Source of the DNA: a virus
Virus record (IMG/VR): IMGVR_UViG_3300045988_164340
Coordinates: 96,001 to 160,000 of that record
Direction: 5' to 3' (one strand)
DNA: 64,000 nucleotides
The first letter of the stretch is position 1, and each line of letters begins with the position of its first letter. Positions 46,520 to 56,603 of this stretch are shown here, one piece after another. Under the pieces are notes generated by a model. It was not told where the DNA came from, ran no database searches, and was given only the letters and a program-made list of their open reading frames with translations. The position numbers were made by a program, and so were the translations under genes.

Positions 46520-46720
46520 TTAACCGATGATAGAAAGAATTGTGTTATAGATATTTTCTGTGTCTAAATCAGAGTCGTTTGACGGATAAGCATTACAAAT
46601 AGCATCTTTTTCTGTAATAGTTAGCTCATCCCACTTCTTGTTGAAAGGATAGTTCAAAGAAGTTTCTTCTTCAAAAATCATATAATCTTTTACAGCTTGT
46701 TAAATTTCTTTTTTGTTCAT
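46520..46720 (-). CDS. hypothetical protein with in-frame TAA at codon 7 (46700-46702), or 6-codon uORF plus reinitiation at ATG 46681
   Basis: GAAGGAGATATAAAA-ATG at 46720; frame open 59 codons beyond the TAA. Confidence 0.4.
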
Positions 46721-46786
46721 TTTTATATCTCCTTCAAGTTATTTGGTAAGGGTGGAAGATTTGCTTCCACCCATATACCTTAGATA

Positions 46787-48403
46787 TTAGTCACGAGGAG
46801 TAACACGAACTTTGAGCTTGTTTTTCTTGGCATACTCACAAATAGCTTTGTACTCATCCTCAGTGATACTACGGTTGGAAGCTCCTCTTGCCTGAACAAT
46901 AGCTTCGTTTTCAAGCTCAATAGTAACCAAAGGCTTATCAGTATCTTTTGTCTTACGAAGGAAAACAATCAGGCAATTTCTCTTGATTATTTTGCTCAGG
47001 TAACTGTACACACAATGATTCAACGCAGAACCTTCGTGCTTGACATCATCTGCATTCTTAGGACGAACAATACTGTATGTCTTATCCTCCGTGACAAAAG
47101 ACTTGAAATCTTTGTAAGCATTTTCAAACATCTCAGCCTGTTCCTCAGTAAGCTTAACTTCATAGTTGCGAGAAGTGATATCATGAGTCTGCTTAAGGTA
47201 AGAACTATAAAGAGTAGGCTTGATATCCATTGAAACGCACATATCAAGATAGTCACGAAGTTCACCCATAAACGAGTTTAAAGTTTTAAAGCCTTGATTG
47301 ACAGCCTCTTCACAAACATAATCCATAAACTTACCAAAAGTGTAGAACTGATAAAATTTGGAATTTCTATAATAATTATTATTCCTAAGATAAGCCTGTA
47401 AAGTGCTAGAAAAAACTTTCCCACCATATCCGCCAATTTCAACATGATTGAATTCAAATTCTTCATCCCAATACTTTGCTTTTTCAATAATGTCAAACCA
47501 TTCCTGATTGGTGTAATGACAGAAATCTTCTAAAGTCATGTTGCCATTATTACCGTAGTAGTAATTTTTACTATCCTCTTTAAAAGCGGAAGTGACAATG
47601 TTTTGTAAATTCATCCAATCATCAAGGATATTTCTATCATTAGCTTCTTTATACTCTGCTTTGGTAAGATGAATAAGTTTATAAACAGGTTCAGCGGTTT
47701 CAACTTTAAAACTAAGAAGAGCATTTTGAATGGATTTAGGAGCAGTGCGAAAGATGATTTCAGTGGATTTGTTTCTGCTTAATGCGAATCTCAATTCTCT
47801 GAAAGTATATTTAACCCCGATATTTTCGATAGGAATATCCCAGACTTGAGAGATAAAATCAATTGCGCTATCTCCCATTCCAGCTTCATAAACAGGGCCA
47901 TCACCATCACTGACTGGGGTAGCATTAGGCTCAAGGATAGGAATTAACTGTTCACCATTCATAATAAAGTTGCAACAGGCGTTATTGGTGGCAATTCTAT
48001 ATCTGTAATGACGAGATACAATAGCACCAAGAGGGAAACAATAACCAACATTGACCCAGAAATCACCGCCTTTCAAATTTACTTCCTTAATGATAAAAGT
48101 ATTAGGCGTAAGATAATCACGACTGGTAGGAGCACCAGTGAGCAAATCGAAATACAGCTCGACATCAGAACGGTTCGAACTATAGTGAACAATGATTTTC
48201 TTTCCATGAGAAGTAAAATCGCTGTTGTAACGATTGTTCTGAACCTTAGTCATTTCAACTCTTGCTTCTTTGAGTTGGTCAGAGAGATGTTTGATACGAG
48301 CATTGATTTCCTTTTCTTTAGCGGAGACTTCGTAGTTCTTAAAGAAGCTTTCATAATCATGAGTGGTAGACTTGTAGAAGTTAGCGATAGCAGTGTTAGA
48401 CAT
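46787..48403 (-). CDS. PcfJ-like protein
   Basis: C-terminal LNHCVYSYLSKIIKRNCLIVFLRK...PLVTIELENEAIVQARGASN pattern. Confidence 0.6.
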   Translation of the reverse strand: MSNTAIANFYKSTTHDYESFFKNYEVSAKEKEINARIKHLSDQLKEARVEMTKVQNNRYNSDFTSHGKKIIVHYSSNRSDVELYFDLLTGAPTSRDYLTPNTFIIKEVNLKGGDFWVNVGYCFPLGAIVSRHYRYRIATNNACCNFIMNGEQLIPILEPNATPVSDGDGPVYEAGMGDSAIDFISQVWDIPIENIGVKYTFRELRFALSRNKSTEIIFRTAPKSIQNALLSFKVETAEPVYKLIHLTKAEYKEANDRNILDDWMNLQNIVTSAFKEDSKNYYYGNNGNMTLEDFCHYTNQEWFDIIEKAKYWDEEFEFNHVEIGGYGGKVFSSTLQAYLRNNNYYRNSKFYQFYTFGKFMDYVCEEAVNQGFKTLNSFMGELRDYLDMCVSMDIKPTLYSSYLKQTHDITSRNYEVKLTEEQAEMFENAYKDFKSFVTEDKTYSIVRPKNADDVKHEGSALNHCVYSYLSKIIKRNCLIVFLRKTKDTDKPLVTIELENEAIVQARGASNRSITEDEYKAICEYAKKNKLKVRVTPRD

Positions 48404-48468
48404 AATCAATTTTCCTTTCTTAATTAGACGAAATGTTTGTAGTGACTATATATTAAAGGGAGGAGGGA

Positions 48469-49155
48469 TTAACCCTCCATCACCTTTTTACAGAAAGCTT
48501 TGTATTTCTGACTATTGAGTACACCAAGAATTTTTTCTTTAGCTTCGGGCTTACTCTTATAGTAGTCAGAGTAGTAGTCAGAGTTATAACCAAAATGTCT
48601 CTGATAAATGATATCAGGATTTTTCTTAAGCAACGCTTCAAGAGGACAATAAAGGCTTACAGTAACCTCTTCGCCCTTGTACTTGTAAGGCATCTTGATG
48701 TAGATATCGCAAGAGCCAGAACCACAAGTAGGAACATAAGCATCAAACTTATATTTTTTCAGATAAGGATAAGCCATGAGAATTGCTTCATTGAAAACTT
48801 TTCGAAGATAGACACTCTGATAATCACGAGAAACAATATACTGGTAAGCATCTTCGTAATGGTCTCTTTTCCAACCATTACGTTCTTTTGTGAATCTAAA
48901 ATTTCTCTTGATTTCAGGGAGACGTGTGTAATGGGCTTCATAGTAGCTAACACTATTTGTAGACACAGGAATATACTTGATACCACAGATATCTTTCATC
49001 TTGATTTTCTCATTTACAAGCCAAAGAAGGACATGAGTTGGGAAACACTTTTCCCACACATCCCATTCTTTGATGAACTTTTTAGCTCTTTCGTAGCCGA
49101 CAAATTTCTCGTTGAGATAAGTACCCTGATACTGAGCATAGATAGCCATAGTCAT
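48469..49155 (-). CDS. hypothetical protein
   Basis: Track ORF. Confidence 0.6.
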   Translation of the reverse strand: MTMAIYAQYQGTYLNEKFVGYERAKKFIKEWDVWEKCFPTHVLLWLVNEKIKMKDICGIKYIPVSTNSVSYYEAHYTRLPEIKRNFRFTKERNGWKRDHYEDAYQYIVSRDYQSVYLRKVFNEAILMAYPYLKKYKFDAYVPTCGSGSCDIYIKMPYKYKGEEVTVSLYCPLEALLKKNPDIIYQRHFGYNSDYYSDYYKSKPEAKEKILGVLNSQKYKAFCKKVMEG

Positions 49156-49215
49156 AATTCCTTTCTTTTCAATAGATGTGTTGTTGTTTATGTTGTTGTT
49201 TATATTTAAGTAGAG

Positions 49216-49464
49216 TTATTTCTCTACATCAAAGATAACATGAGCACCAGCGATTTTTGTGCGACTTGGAAGCTTATAAAGCTCAGTAATTAAGTTTGTA
49301 TCTCTAGGCTTAAAATGAGGCATAAACGCAAAGTAAAACACTTTGCTATCAAGAGCTTTGTTTTTATAATCGAAACGAGTAACAATAAATAAATAATATA
49401 CTTTGTTACTTTCCGAGTCTGTAGAAATTCCTTCAAAAGTGATAGTAAAATTACCGATAACCAT
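49216..49464 (-). CDS. hypothetical protein
   Basis: Track ORF. Confidence 0.6.
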   Translation of the reverse strand: MVIGNFTITFEGISTDSESNKVYYLFIVTRFDYKNKALDSKVFYFAFMPHFKPRDTNLITELYKLPSRTKIAGAHVIFDVEK

Positions 49465-49477
49465 GTTATTCTCCTTT

Positions 49478-49675
49478 TTAATAAGTTGGATTAGTTTTAG
49501 AAAGTTCCCATGGTTCTTTTTTCAACAGCGCATGGGCTTCTTCATAAGCAGTAAAGAATTCTTGGTCAGTTTTGTAATCATCCATGCTATGAACAAGTTC
49601 TCTGATATAGTCATCCATGAGGGGAATAGATGCTTCAAAATTAACCAGAGTTCCACTGAGATTTTTTACTAACAT
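49478..49675 (-). CDS. hypothetical protein
   Basis: ATG at 49675 after AAAGGAGG. Confidence 0.55.
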   Translation of the reverse strand: MLVKNLSGTLVNFEASIPLMDDYIRELVHSMDDYKTDQEFFTAYEEAHALLKKEPWELSKTNPTY

Positions 49676-49689
49676 ATTTTTACCTCCTT

Positions 49690-49884
49690 TCAAACATCTA
49701 TGGCAAAATTAGCCACACAGAATCCATATTCTTCTTCAAGTCTTTCACAAATAGAGTCTTCCATATCTCTTAAAAAACTGGTACAAAGGTCATCGTACTC
49801 AAGGTCAACTTCAGAGGGAAGGCTTTCACTGGGGACATCGTTTTCATCAATGTCCCATTCAATATTGGTAACGTGAACAATCAT
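49690..49884 (-). CDS. small strongly acidic protein
   Basis: Track ORF; D/E-rich. Confidence 0.55.
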   Translation of the reverse strand: MIVHVTNIEWDIDENDVPSESLPSEVDLEYDDLCTSFLRDMEDSICERLEEEYGFCVANFAIDV

Positions 49885-49962
49885 ACTTAATCTCCTTTTG
49901 TTTTAATTTAAGGGAGAGAGATATTTCACTCTCTCCCATGTTGATGTGTTGAACAGTTGACG

Positions 49963-50454
49963 TTAAATCGAGGGCTGACCGAGCCATTCAATATTGTCTG
50001 CCTTGATAGTCATACAGCCAGTCTCATTGGAAGATGTGAAATAACTATCAGGAACAAAGCCAGTCTTGCGAAGGTCTTCCTTGGAAATTTGCTTTCCATT
50101 TAAATAGTGCTGCACGCGAGGCTTATTGGGAGTGTCATACACACGGAGGTACTCATTGTATTCGCCCTTCTTATTAGTGTGGCAGATGATGCGATTGCTA
50201 CCATCCTTCCACTGACCCCAAGGGAGCTTAGAAGCGGTATCAATAGGAACATTCTTCTCAGCAGCCTTTGCAATTGCCTTCTTGGTGTGCTTGTAGTTGA
50301 CACCGATACGGTAAGTACCGATAACACGCTTAAGAACAGAGACACCAGCTTTACGACCGAGGGCAGAGAGAGTCACATCGGAAACGTAAGCCATTTTGAA
50401 GAACTGACCAGCGGGGATGGAGTTGACCTTGAGGTTGAAATAAGTGTTATTCAT
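49963..50454 (-). CDS. hypothetical protein
   Basis: Track ORF. Confidence 0.6.
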   Translation of the reverse strand: MNNTYFNLKVNSIPAGQFFKMAYVSDVTLSALGRKAGVSVLKRVIGTYRIGVNYKHTKKAIAKAAEKNVPIDTASKLPWGQWKDGSNRIICHTNKKGEYNEYLRVYDTPNKPRVQHYLNGKQISKEDLRKTGFVPDSYFTSSNETGCMTIKADNIEWLGQPSI

Positions 50455-50534
50455 GATATTTCCTTTCTGCCCGTAAACCCGATAGCACAGGATAATAAAT
50501 TGGTTTGTGATAAAAGAGTTATATAGATTCGGGA

Positions 50535-50834
50535 TTAAATTTCGACTTCGATGATTTTACTATCCCAGTTATCATGGTTTAGAGTAGTACCATAAGCCAA
50601 AAGACTTTCGATATCCACCATGTTCTCATCATCCATGAGCTCAAGCTCTTCAAGAATAGACAAAGCTTCTTTTAAAGTTTTCTCATCAATGACAAGAGGA
50701 ACAATATCAATGCCAATGTCTCTGACTGTGCAGAAATCATTAACCATGTGGTAAATGGCTTTTTCCTTCTTATCAAAGAAAGTAGGTTCGTTAATTTCAC
50801 GTTCACAAACGTCAATGTACATGTATTTCTTCAT
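50535..50834 (-). CDS. acidic hypothetical protein
   Basis: Track ORF. Confidence 0.6.
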   Translation of the reverse strand: MKKYMYIDVCEREINEPTFFDKKEKAIYHMVNDFCTVRDIGIDIVPLVIDEKTLKEALSILEELELMDDENMVDIESLLAYGTTLNHDNWDSKIIEVEI

Positions 50835-50836
50835 GC

Positions 50837-50986
50837 TTATTCTCCTTTAATCACATTTACGAGCAGATGATAAATCATTTCATCCGCAGCTTCGGCATCC
50901 TGCATCATAACAGTTACTTCGTCAAAAGCAACATCGTTAATCACTCTGAATGTGGCTCTATCCTTATTCTGGATAATTGTAATCAT
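50837..50986 (-). CDS. 49-aa hypothetical protein
   Basis: GGAGGTG SD and ATG at 50986; below the track size cut-off. Confidence 0.5.
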   Translation of the reverse strand: MITIIQNKDRATFRVINDVAFDEVTVMMQDAEAADEMIYHLLVNVIKGE

Positions 50987-50999
50987 TTATTTCACCTCC

Positions 51000-51332
51000 T
51001 TAGAAATCAAGTGTGATATATTCAGAACAATGAAATGCTCTGTCAAGATTATTGCAGATAGATTTGAGAAGATTGGCTCTCTTTCTCTGTTTATCAGCAA
51101 TTTCTTCATAGAAGAGCGATTCTTCCTGTGTGCTACTACCCAATGCCCAAAGATGATTATTGCGTGCATCCAGAAGAAGCTCTTCAATTTTGTTCTGCAA
51201 TGCACGATAAACAAGAGTTGCTTCCTCAAGAGAATCAAACTCAAGGATAGCTTTCCAACTGTCATGGCTTGCTTTCTTAATCATGTGTTCGTCAATGATA
51301 TTGGTAATGGGCTTGTAAGCGATAGTGTTCAT
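51000..51332 (-). CDS. hypothetical protein
   Basis: Track ORF. Confidence 0.6.
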   Translation of the reverse strand: MNTIAYKPITNIIDEHMIKKASHDSWKAILEFDSLEEATLVYRALQNKIEELLLDARNNHLWALGSSTQEESLFYEEIADKQRKRANLLKSICNNLDRAFHCSEYITLDF

Positions 51333-51388
51333 AGTTAAATTCCTTTCTTAATTAGACATGTTGTTTGTAGGTATTATGTGAGTGTGGA

Positions 51389-51814
51389 TTACGGAGTCGC
51401 AATCCACACAACAGTAATGTAATCATCAGATGTTTCCTTAGTCCCATTATTATCCATAGTGAGAATATAAGGAGCATCTTCATATACAGCCATATTGGTT
51501 TCAAGAGTATAAATACCATCGAAACCATTATCCTGAGTTACATTGAGAACTCTGAAACGATATTCCCCATGTTCCTCATCAGAATCTACAAGTTCTGCAT
51601 AAACAGGATAAGTGTTTTCTTCAAACTTTACTTCAGGAAGGTTGCTGGGAGGAACAGGAACATTAGTCTTAGCCAACTGTTCCTGCAATTCCTCTACTTG
51701 TATGAGGTAATCCTTTACAGAATCGCCCAAAGCAGAAACTCTTTCTCTGCTGTTAATGTACATAAAAGTCATGAGGATTGCGATGATAAGGACAAACAGA
51801 TTAATCTTTTTCAT
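51389..51814 (-). CDS. secreted or membrane-anchored protein
   Basis: N-terminal MKKINLFVLIIAILMTFMYI signal/TM. Confidence 0.6.
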   Translation of the reverse strand: MKKINLFVLIIAILMTFMYINSRERVSALGDSVKDYLIQVEELQEQLAKTNVPVPPSNLPEVKFEENTYPVYAELVDSDEEHGEYRFRVLNVTQDNGFDGIYTLETNMAVYEDAPYILTMDNNGTKETSDDYITVVWIATP

Positions 51815-51832
51815 TTTTTATTCTCCTTTCGA

Positions 51833-52843
51833 TTAAGCTGCAATGCGATTCCAAACAGAGTTCAGAATAGGCATGGTGTTAACTGCAACAGCCGTGAATG
51901 CTCCTGTGGTGGTAGACTTGGAAGATTTACGCATCTGAGTAGGATGACTTTCAAAGTCAGAGATAGCGTTCAAAGCCTTCCAAGCCGTGTCATTGAAGTT
52001 CTGAAGGTCATCCTGATTGTAAGCCGTCATAAGCTTTTCAATCATAGCCAGATTACGAATCTGGAGAATCTCAGAATCCTCAGTTTTGACAGGGAAGAGT
52101 TCACGAGCAAGAGCTTCGAATGCTTCCTTGGAGTAAGGAGTAACTGCAAGCTTTTCAGCTTCAACCTTAAGACGCTCAAGATAGTTGGTATTCTGAAGCA
52201 AGATAGTCTTAGCCTGTTCCAGCTTAGCCTGCATGGAATTGCTGTGACGAATACTGACACGATTCTCAGCTCCTCTGGTTGCACGAGCGATGCAATTGGA
52301 GCAGAAGATACGGATACTGATGAACATCGCCTGAATTGCCTTAGAACCATCATGGCTATTAAGGAACATCATGGTAGGCAAGAATTCATCATCCAGAATC
52401 TTCATAGGTTCGGTAGACATGGTGATGAAACTCTTAGCTCCATTAGGTCCATAGCTACCAGCAGTTTCAAATTTAGCACCTCCCAGAGCAAGAGAGTCAA
52501 GGAAGTCAAAAGCCTCACGATTCTGAAGAATGTTGTAATTCTTACCGACAATACCCAAAGGAGCATTAGTGTCAGTACGAATGGTTGCAAACTGGTCAGG
52601 GATGATAAAAGGAGTATCAACCAGAATCTTCTGACCATTCCATTCCTGCTCAACCTTATTTACGAACTGGACAGGACGCTTTTCAACGGAGTAATCCAGA
52701 CCACTGAGCTTGAGAGCGGATTCAAGAGAGTGGACATTCTCAAGAGTGATGCCCATATCTTCGTAGTACTTTTTACGAGGAGTATTCTCAACAGCTTCCA
52801 TAACAGCGTTGACTTTCTTAGTATCATAAGCAGCGATTCCCAT
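51833..52843 (-). CDS. DUF932 (phage/plasmid-like TIGR03299) protein
   Basis: Size and FISIRIFCSNCIA core, LDYSVEKRPV N-terminal region. Confidence 0.6.
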   Translation of the reverse strand: MGIAAYDTKKVNAVMEAVENTPRKKYYEDMGITLENVHSLESALKLSGLDYSVEKRPVQFVNKVEQEWNGQKILVDTPFIIPDQFATIRTDTNAPLGIVGKNYNILQNREAFDFLDSLALGGAKFETAGSYGPNGAKSFITMSTEPMKILDDEFLPTMMFLNSHDGSKAIQAMFISIRIFCSNCIARATRGAENRVSIRHSNSMQAKLEQAKTILLQNTNYLERLKVEAEKLAVTPYSKEAFEALARELFPVKTEDSEILQIRNLAMIEKLMTAYNQDDLQNFNDTAWKALNAISDFESHPTQMRKSSKSTTTGAFTAVAVNTMPILNSVWNRIAA

Positions 52844-52920
52844 AAGATTTCCTTTCCGAGCTTTAAGCTCTAAACAAAAAAGTTTTTGATATAATGTGTT
52901 GTTTGATTTAAGATGAGATT

Positions 52921-52949
52921 ATTATAAATCTCAAATCCGCAAATGTCAA
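52921..52949 (-). promoter_or_regulatory. minus-strand sigma70-type promoter
   Basis: Reverse complement reads AAATACTTGACA, 17 nt, TATAAT. Confidence 0.7.
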
Positions 52950-52976
52950 GTATTTAAACCAAATAAAGTAAATTAT

Positions 52977-53141
52977 TTAGTAAGAATACTTCCAAAGTAA
53001 TGCAAAGAGTTCTTGCGTAAGTTTTTTGGCTTTATCACGGTCTGTTTTAAGCATACAGGTATCTGAACCAATATCCTCTTTTAACTTAGTGAGGATGTCA
53101 AGATAGCTGAGGTCAGTTTCGACGGTGGTTTTAATTTTCAT
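52977..53141 (-). CDS. 54-aa hypothetical protein
   Basis: GAAAGGAAA SD and ATG at 53141. Confidence 0.5.
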   Translation of the reverse strand: MKIKTTVETDLSYLDILTKLKEDIGSDTCMLKTDRDKAKKLTQELFALLWKYSY

Positions 53142-53169
53142 TTTGTTTCCTTTCTGTACTAAAAAGTAC

Positions 53170-53198
53170 TTGACAAGATTTATGTTGTGTATTAATAT
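53170..53198 (+). promoter_or_regulatory. plus-strand antisense promoter (modules 2 and 3)
   Basis: TTGACA, 17 nt, TAATAT. Confidence 0.65.
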
Positions 53199-53267
53199 AT
53201 GTATAGATGATAAGAAGAATCCTATACTTCTTACTTACCATCTATACATCTTCGTAATTAACGGCTA

Positions 53268-53339
53268 TTAATTACGGTTATAGATTATCATAATCTACGA
53301 GAGATTATAATAGTAACTTACAAAGAAGATTCTCTACAT
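53268..53339 (-). CDS. micro-ORF M*RIFFVSYYYNLS*IMIIYNRN
   Basis: GGAGG-rich SD, ATG TAG; second TAG at codon 15. Confidence 0.45.
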
Positions 53340-53458
53340 GGCTTTCAACTCCTTTCCTCCTTAGACAAGGGGCAATTATATAACAGTTTATAGGAACTGG
53401 TTATATCGAGCTAAAGAGAATTGCCTATACAATCCTCTTTAGGAATTAATTTAAGTTA

Positions 53459-53539
53459 TTAAAGTTCGTACATCCGGCCAAGAATGATAGAACAATAATA
53501 AACATTAAACTAATAGTTTATTTGTTTGATTGTCTACAT
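53459..53539 (-). CDS. micro-ORF M*TIKQINY*FNVYYCSIILGRMYEL
   Basis: AAAGGAGA SD, ATG TAG; second TAG at codon 10. Confidence 0.5.
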
Positions 53540-53615
53540 AGACATTCTCCTTTCCATTTAGCGTTAATATATAAACAGTTTATAGGAACTGAATATATCA
53601 AAATAGAGCAGGATT

Positions 53616-53795
53616 TTATTCCTGCTCTTTTTGTATTGTGTACAAATACTGCTTTCGCTTTTCTTTGTACTGTTTGTTAATTTTGTACCGATAACTGCCA
53701 TGAGTCTTACGCTGAATTCCTTCACAGCGGTCATAGTACATACCATCGTACTGGGGATACTCTGTGATAGCATTGTTAGGTGTACGTTTAGACAT
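53616..53795 (-). CDS. 59-aa basic protein
   Basis: ATG at 53795 after GGAGGG, overlaps upstream stop. Confidence 0.5.
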   Translation of the reverse strand: MSKRTPNNAITEYPQYDGMYYDRCEGIQRKTHGSYRYKINKQYKEKRKQYLYTIQKEQE

Positions 53796-56115
53796 AACTT
53801 TTACCCTCCAAACCATATTCTTTAGCATCAAGTTTACTGCTACTTGCGCTATAACCTTGACCTTTGTTGAGCACAATGTTTACAGGACATTTAATTCCCT
53901 TTTCATGAATCCAGTTAATTACAAACTTAACTGCATCAGGTTCATTTCCAAGCCAACGGTTGTAAAGGCCGTGAATTTGAATGATTTCATTGTGGTTGTT
54001 AACCTCAATCGTGAAGAAAGGAATATCAATTTCTTCATTCTTTCTTAAGAACAGAATGTTTGTTCTACCTTCTGCAACACGACTGATATAACCACCAACA
54101 CAATGATGAAGATATACACCTTCCTTTGTAATCTTGTTCATCTCTTTAGGAACAACAATGGAGAAATTATCATCGGCATACTCAAATTTTTCTTTGCGTT
54201 GGTCATAAAGTTTAGCTGCTAACTTGTTTAATCTTTCCTGCTCTTCTTTGTTTCTTGCTTCTTTGTCTGTAATGTTGATTTCAATCAGCATGTTATGATA
54301 ACGATGAAGCTCATTCACATCTTTACATGTGTATAAATCAATATCAGGACGGTTGGTGTTTGAGATTTGTTTGAACAAATTTAAGGTATCAGAAAAGATT
54401 TTAAATACATCCTCGTCAAGACCTTTCTTATCAGTTTTTTCTTGAAGACGTATAAGCTTGAGAAGATTCTTTCTATCCTTTTCATTTTGTTCAGGAGTTA
54501 ATGGTTTAATTCTTCTTTCTTTGTTCATACAACGCCAACCATTCTTAATTCTATAATAAGTGTACACACTGTTGTTTGCTTCAACAAAATGCAAAAACTC
54601 ACGATAGTCAGAACGAACATTATTCATTCTTTTTGCCATGCTAAAGTAAAAGTCGGAATCTTTGTCAGTAATAGAAGAAAGATTTTTAACGCCAGCAACA
54701 AATTGAACGGTTTCAATTACACATCGAGGAGTATAGGTCAGACCGCCGTAAATATAAGTCGGACTATTAGGGTTCTTTTTCTTTTCCTCAAACATCTTAT
54801 CTACTAATTTAAGCTGGTACTTATTCATGCCACTAAGCTCGTAAATGCTTGCAGATTTGGAATACTTTTTATATCCAAAAAGATGTTCAACATCAGATTT
54901 TGCAGATACACTCATGAGATAATTGGCGATGTATTTATATCCAGCTTTATAAAATTGTTCGATAGTAGGACATCTAAGAGTGTAAATAATCCTAAGAATT
55001 AAGGAATTTGTTTTAGTCATAATGTCACTATCATTGATGATAGAAGAGATATAAAACAATCTCTTAAACTTAAACATATCCTCAAAACCTCTGAAGAAAC
55101 AGACGTTATCAGCAGGAATTCCAATATCAGAAGAACTGGACACTCTAAATACAACATTTCCATTAAGAATTGTATTGGGTTTGAAGATTGTTACTTTTCC
55201 TTTGTTATCAATAAGAATACGTGACTGTTCTTCAAACTCGAAATACCCACCGAACTGACGAATGACACAATAATTATCATTTAAGATATTAAATGTCCAA
55301 ATTATATCTTTGTATTCAGTGTGATATTCATTGTTCCAAGAGTTCTTAACATCAATGGCTTTCTTGGGATATAACTGACGAAGCTCATTTAAATTAACAG
55401 TTGGCAAGCTATTAACGATTTCAGAAATATCCGCTGAAGATTTAGAACTGGTACGAGGATACATTACTTTATAGTAATCAGCAAATGTGTAAGGAGTCCA
55501 TTGCGTCCACTTGATTCTTGGATTACATCCTTTTCTAGTAAATTCTTCAATTGCTTGAGAAAAGTAGAAATGGAAAACAGCCTTGTACAAATCATGCTGG
55601 AGAAAATTAACAAATCCTAAACTATAGAACTTGCCTCCTTTAGATTTAAACGCAATGTCTCCATTGACATCAAATGGAGCAGGGCAGTTTCTGAAAAGGA
55701 AATAACGCTCCATAAAATAGTAGTTTCTTTTCTCTTCAGGAATCTTTCTGGTGTTGATTGTCATTATTCCAAATACAAGCATTTCAAATTCAGGGTAATA
55801 TTTGGCATAAGCAACTTTTGCATTTTTACCAGAACCAACAACGATTGTGTGAGATTGAATATTACTCACATTGAAATGGTCAGCTACCTTTTTACGATAC
55901 TGCGCAATAGTATCGTTAGGTTGAATAATTTCATACTCACCTCTCAGCAAGTGGAAAGCTTTACCATTTGCTTTCTGTTGCCAATATACAGTGATATCAG
56001 GGCAACTATTAGGATTGGGATTAATACTCTCTTTAGTTGAGAGGAACTTTTTCACAGTAGCTCTGTTCTTTTCAATGACTTCGTTAGGAATGTTATCAAT
56101 ATAAGTGGTGTTCAT
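53788..56115 (-). CDS. large PcfJ-like protein
   Basis: C-terminal VYLHHCVGGYISRVAEGRTNILFLRK...PFFTIEVNNHNEIIQIHGLYNR. Confidence 0.6.
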   Translation of the reverse strand: MNTTYIDNIPNEVIEKNRATVKKFLSTKESINPNPNSCPDITVYWQQKANGKAFHLLRGEYEIIQPNDTIAQYRKKVADHFNVSNIQSHTIVVGSGKNAKVAYAKYYPEFEMLVFGIMTINTRKIPEEKRNYYFMERYFLFRNCPAPFDVNGDIAFKSKGGKFYSLGFVNFLQHDLYKAVFHFYFSQAIEEFTRKGCNPRIKWTQWTPYTFADYYKVMYPRTSSKSSADISEIVNSLPTVNLNELRQLYPKKAIDVKNSWNNEYHTEYKDIIWTFNILNDNYCVIRQFGGYFEFEEQSRILIDNKGKVTIFKPNTILNGNVVFRVSSSSDIGIPADNVCFFRGFEDMFKFKRLFYISSIINDSDIMTKTNSLILRIIYTLRCPTIEQFYKAGYKYIANYLMSVSAKSDVEHLFGYKKYSKSASIYELSGMNKYQLKLVDKMFEEKKKNPNSPTYIYGGLTYTPRCVIETVQFVAGVKNLSSITDKDSDFYFSMAKRMNNVRSDYREFLHFVEANNSVYTYYRIKNGWRCMNKERRIKPLTPEQNEKDRKNLLKLIRLQEKTDKKGLDEDVFKIFSDTLNLFKQISNTNRPDIDLYTCKDVNELHRYHNMLIEINITDKEARNKEEQERLNKLAAKLYDQRKEKFEYADDNFSIVVPKEMNKITKEGVYLHHCVGGYISRVAEGRTNILFLRKNEEIDIPFFTIEVNNHNEIIQIHGLYNRWLGNEPDAVKFVINWIHEKGIKCPVNIVLNKGQGYSASSSKLDAKEYGLEGKSYV

Positions 56116-56164
56116 TTTTCTGAATTTCCTTTCATTTTAAAATTGATTGATTGTGTTAGCTGAG

Positions 56165-56506
56165 TTATTCTTCATCTTTCCATTTGTCGTATTCAGGCAT
56201 AGGTTCAACTCCTTCCATTTCTTTTGTTTCTGGATTCCAATAAATTCTTTTGCCACACACGCGGGGAGAATAAAAATTGTTACGCCACTCCTTAGTTGCT
56301 TTGTGTTCTGCTCCCATTTTTACAATTAAAACAGGCAAAACAATAAAAATTAATGTGAACAAATCTATAACAATAATAGCGATTACTGGTGCAAAAACAA
56401 TGATTGGTGGAATATTATAACCACCAATGTATTTGATTATACACATAATAACTGTAGCTACACCAAGGATGTAATTAAAAATAGCTCTGATATTATTGTT
56501 ATTCAT
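56165..56506 (-). CDS. membrane protein
   Basis: ATG at 56506 after AGAAAGGAAA; TM segments. Confidence 0.55.
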   Translation of the reverse strand: MNNNNIRAIFNYILGVATVIMCIIKYIGGYNIPPIIVFAPVIAIIVIDLFTLIFIVLPVLIVKMGAEHKATKEWRNNFYSPRVCGKRIYWNPETKEMEGVEPMPEYDKWKDEE

Positions 56507-56603
56507 TTCTAAATTTCCTTTCTTTAAGGTGGAGAGGGTATATTTCAACCCTCTCCTATTTTGTTGTTAATTTGATGAGAATTTATGAATAATTGGTTAA
56601 AGA

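Larger units (their letters stand above)
53205..53633 (+). ncRNA. antisense RNA spanning two micro-ORFs (about 430 nt)
   Basis: 5' hairpin 53200-53250; terminator gagcagga / tcctgctc 53606-53627 then T5. Confidence 0.45.

Noticed and set aside
51569-52873. 434-aa plus-strand ORF, the longest plus-strand ORF in the minus-strand block
   Set aside because: It is entirely antisense to two well-supported minus-strand genes (DUF932 and 51389-51814). It has no SD and a low-complexity Ser/Arg/Leu-rich composition typical of antisense frames.
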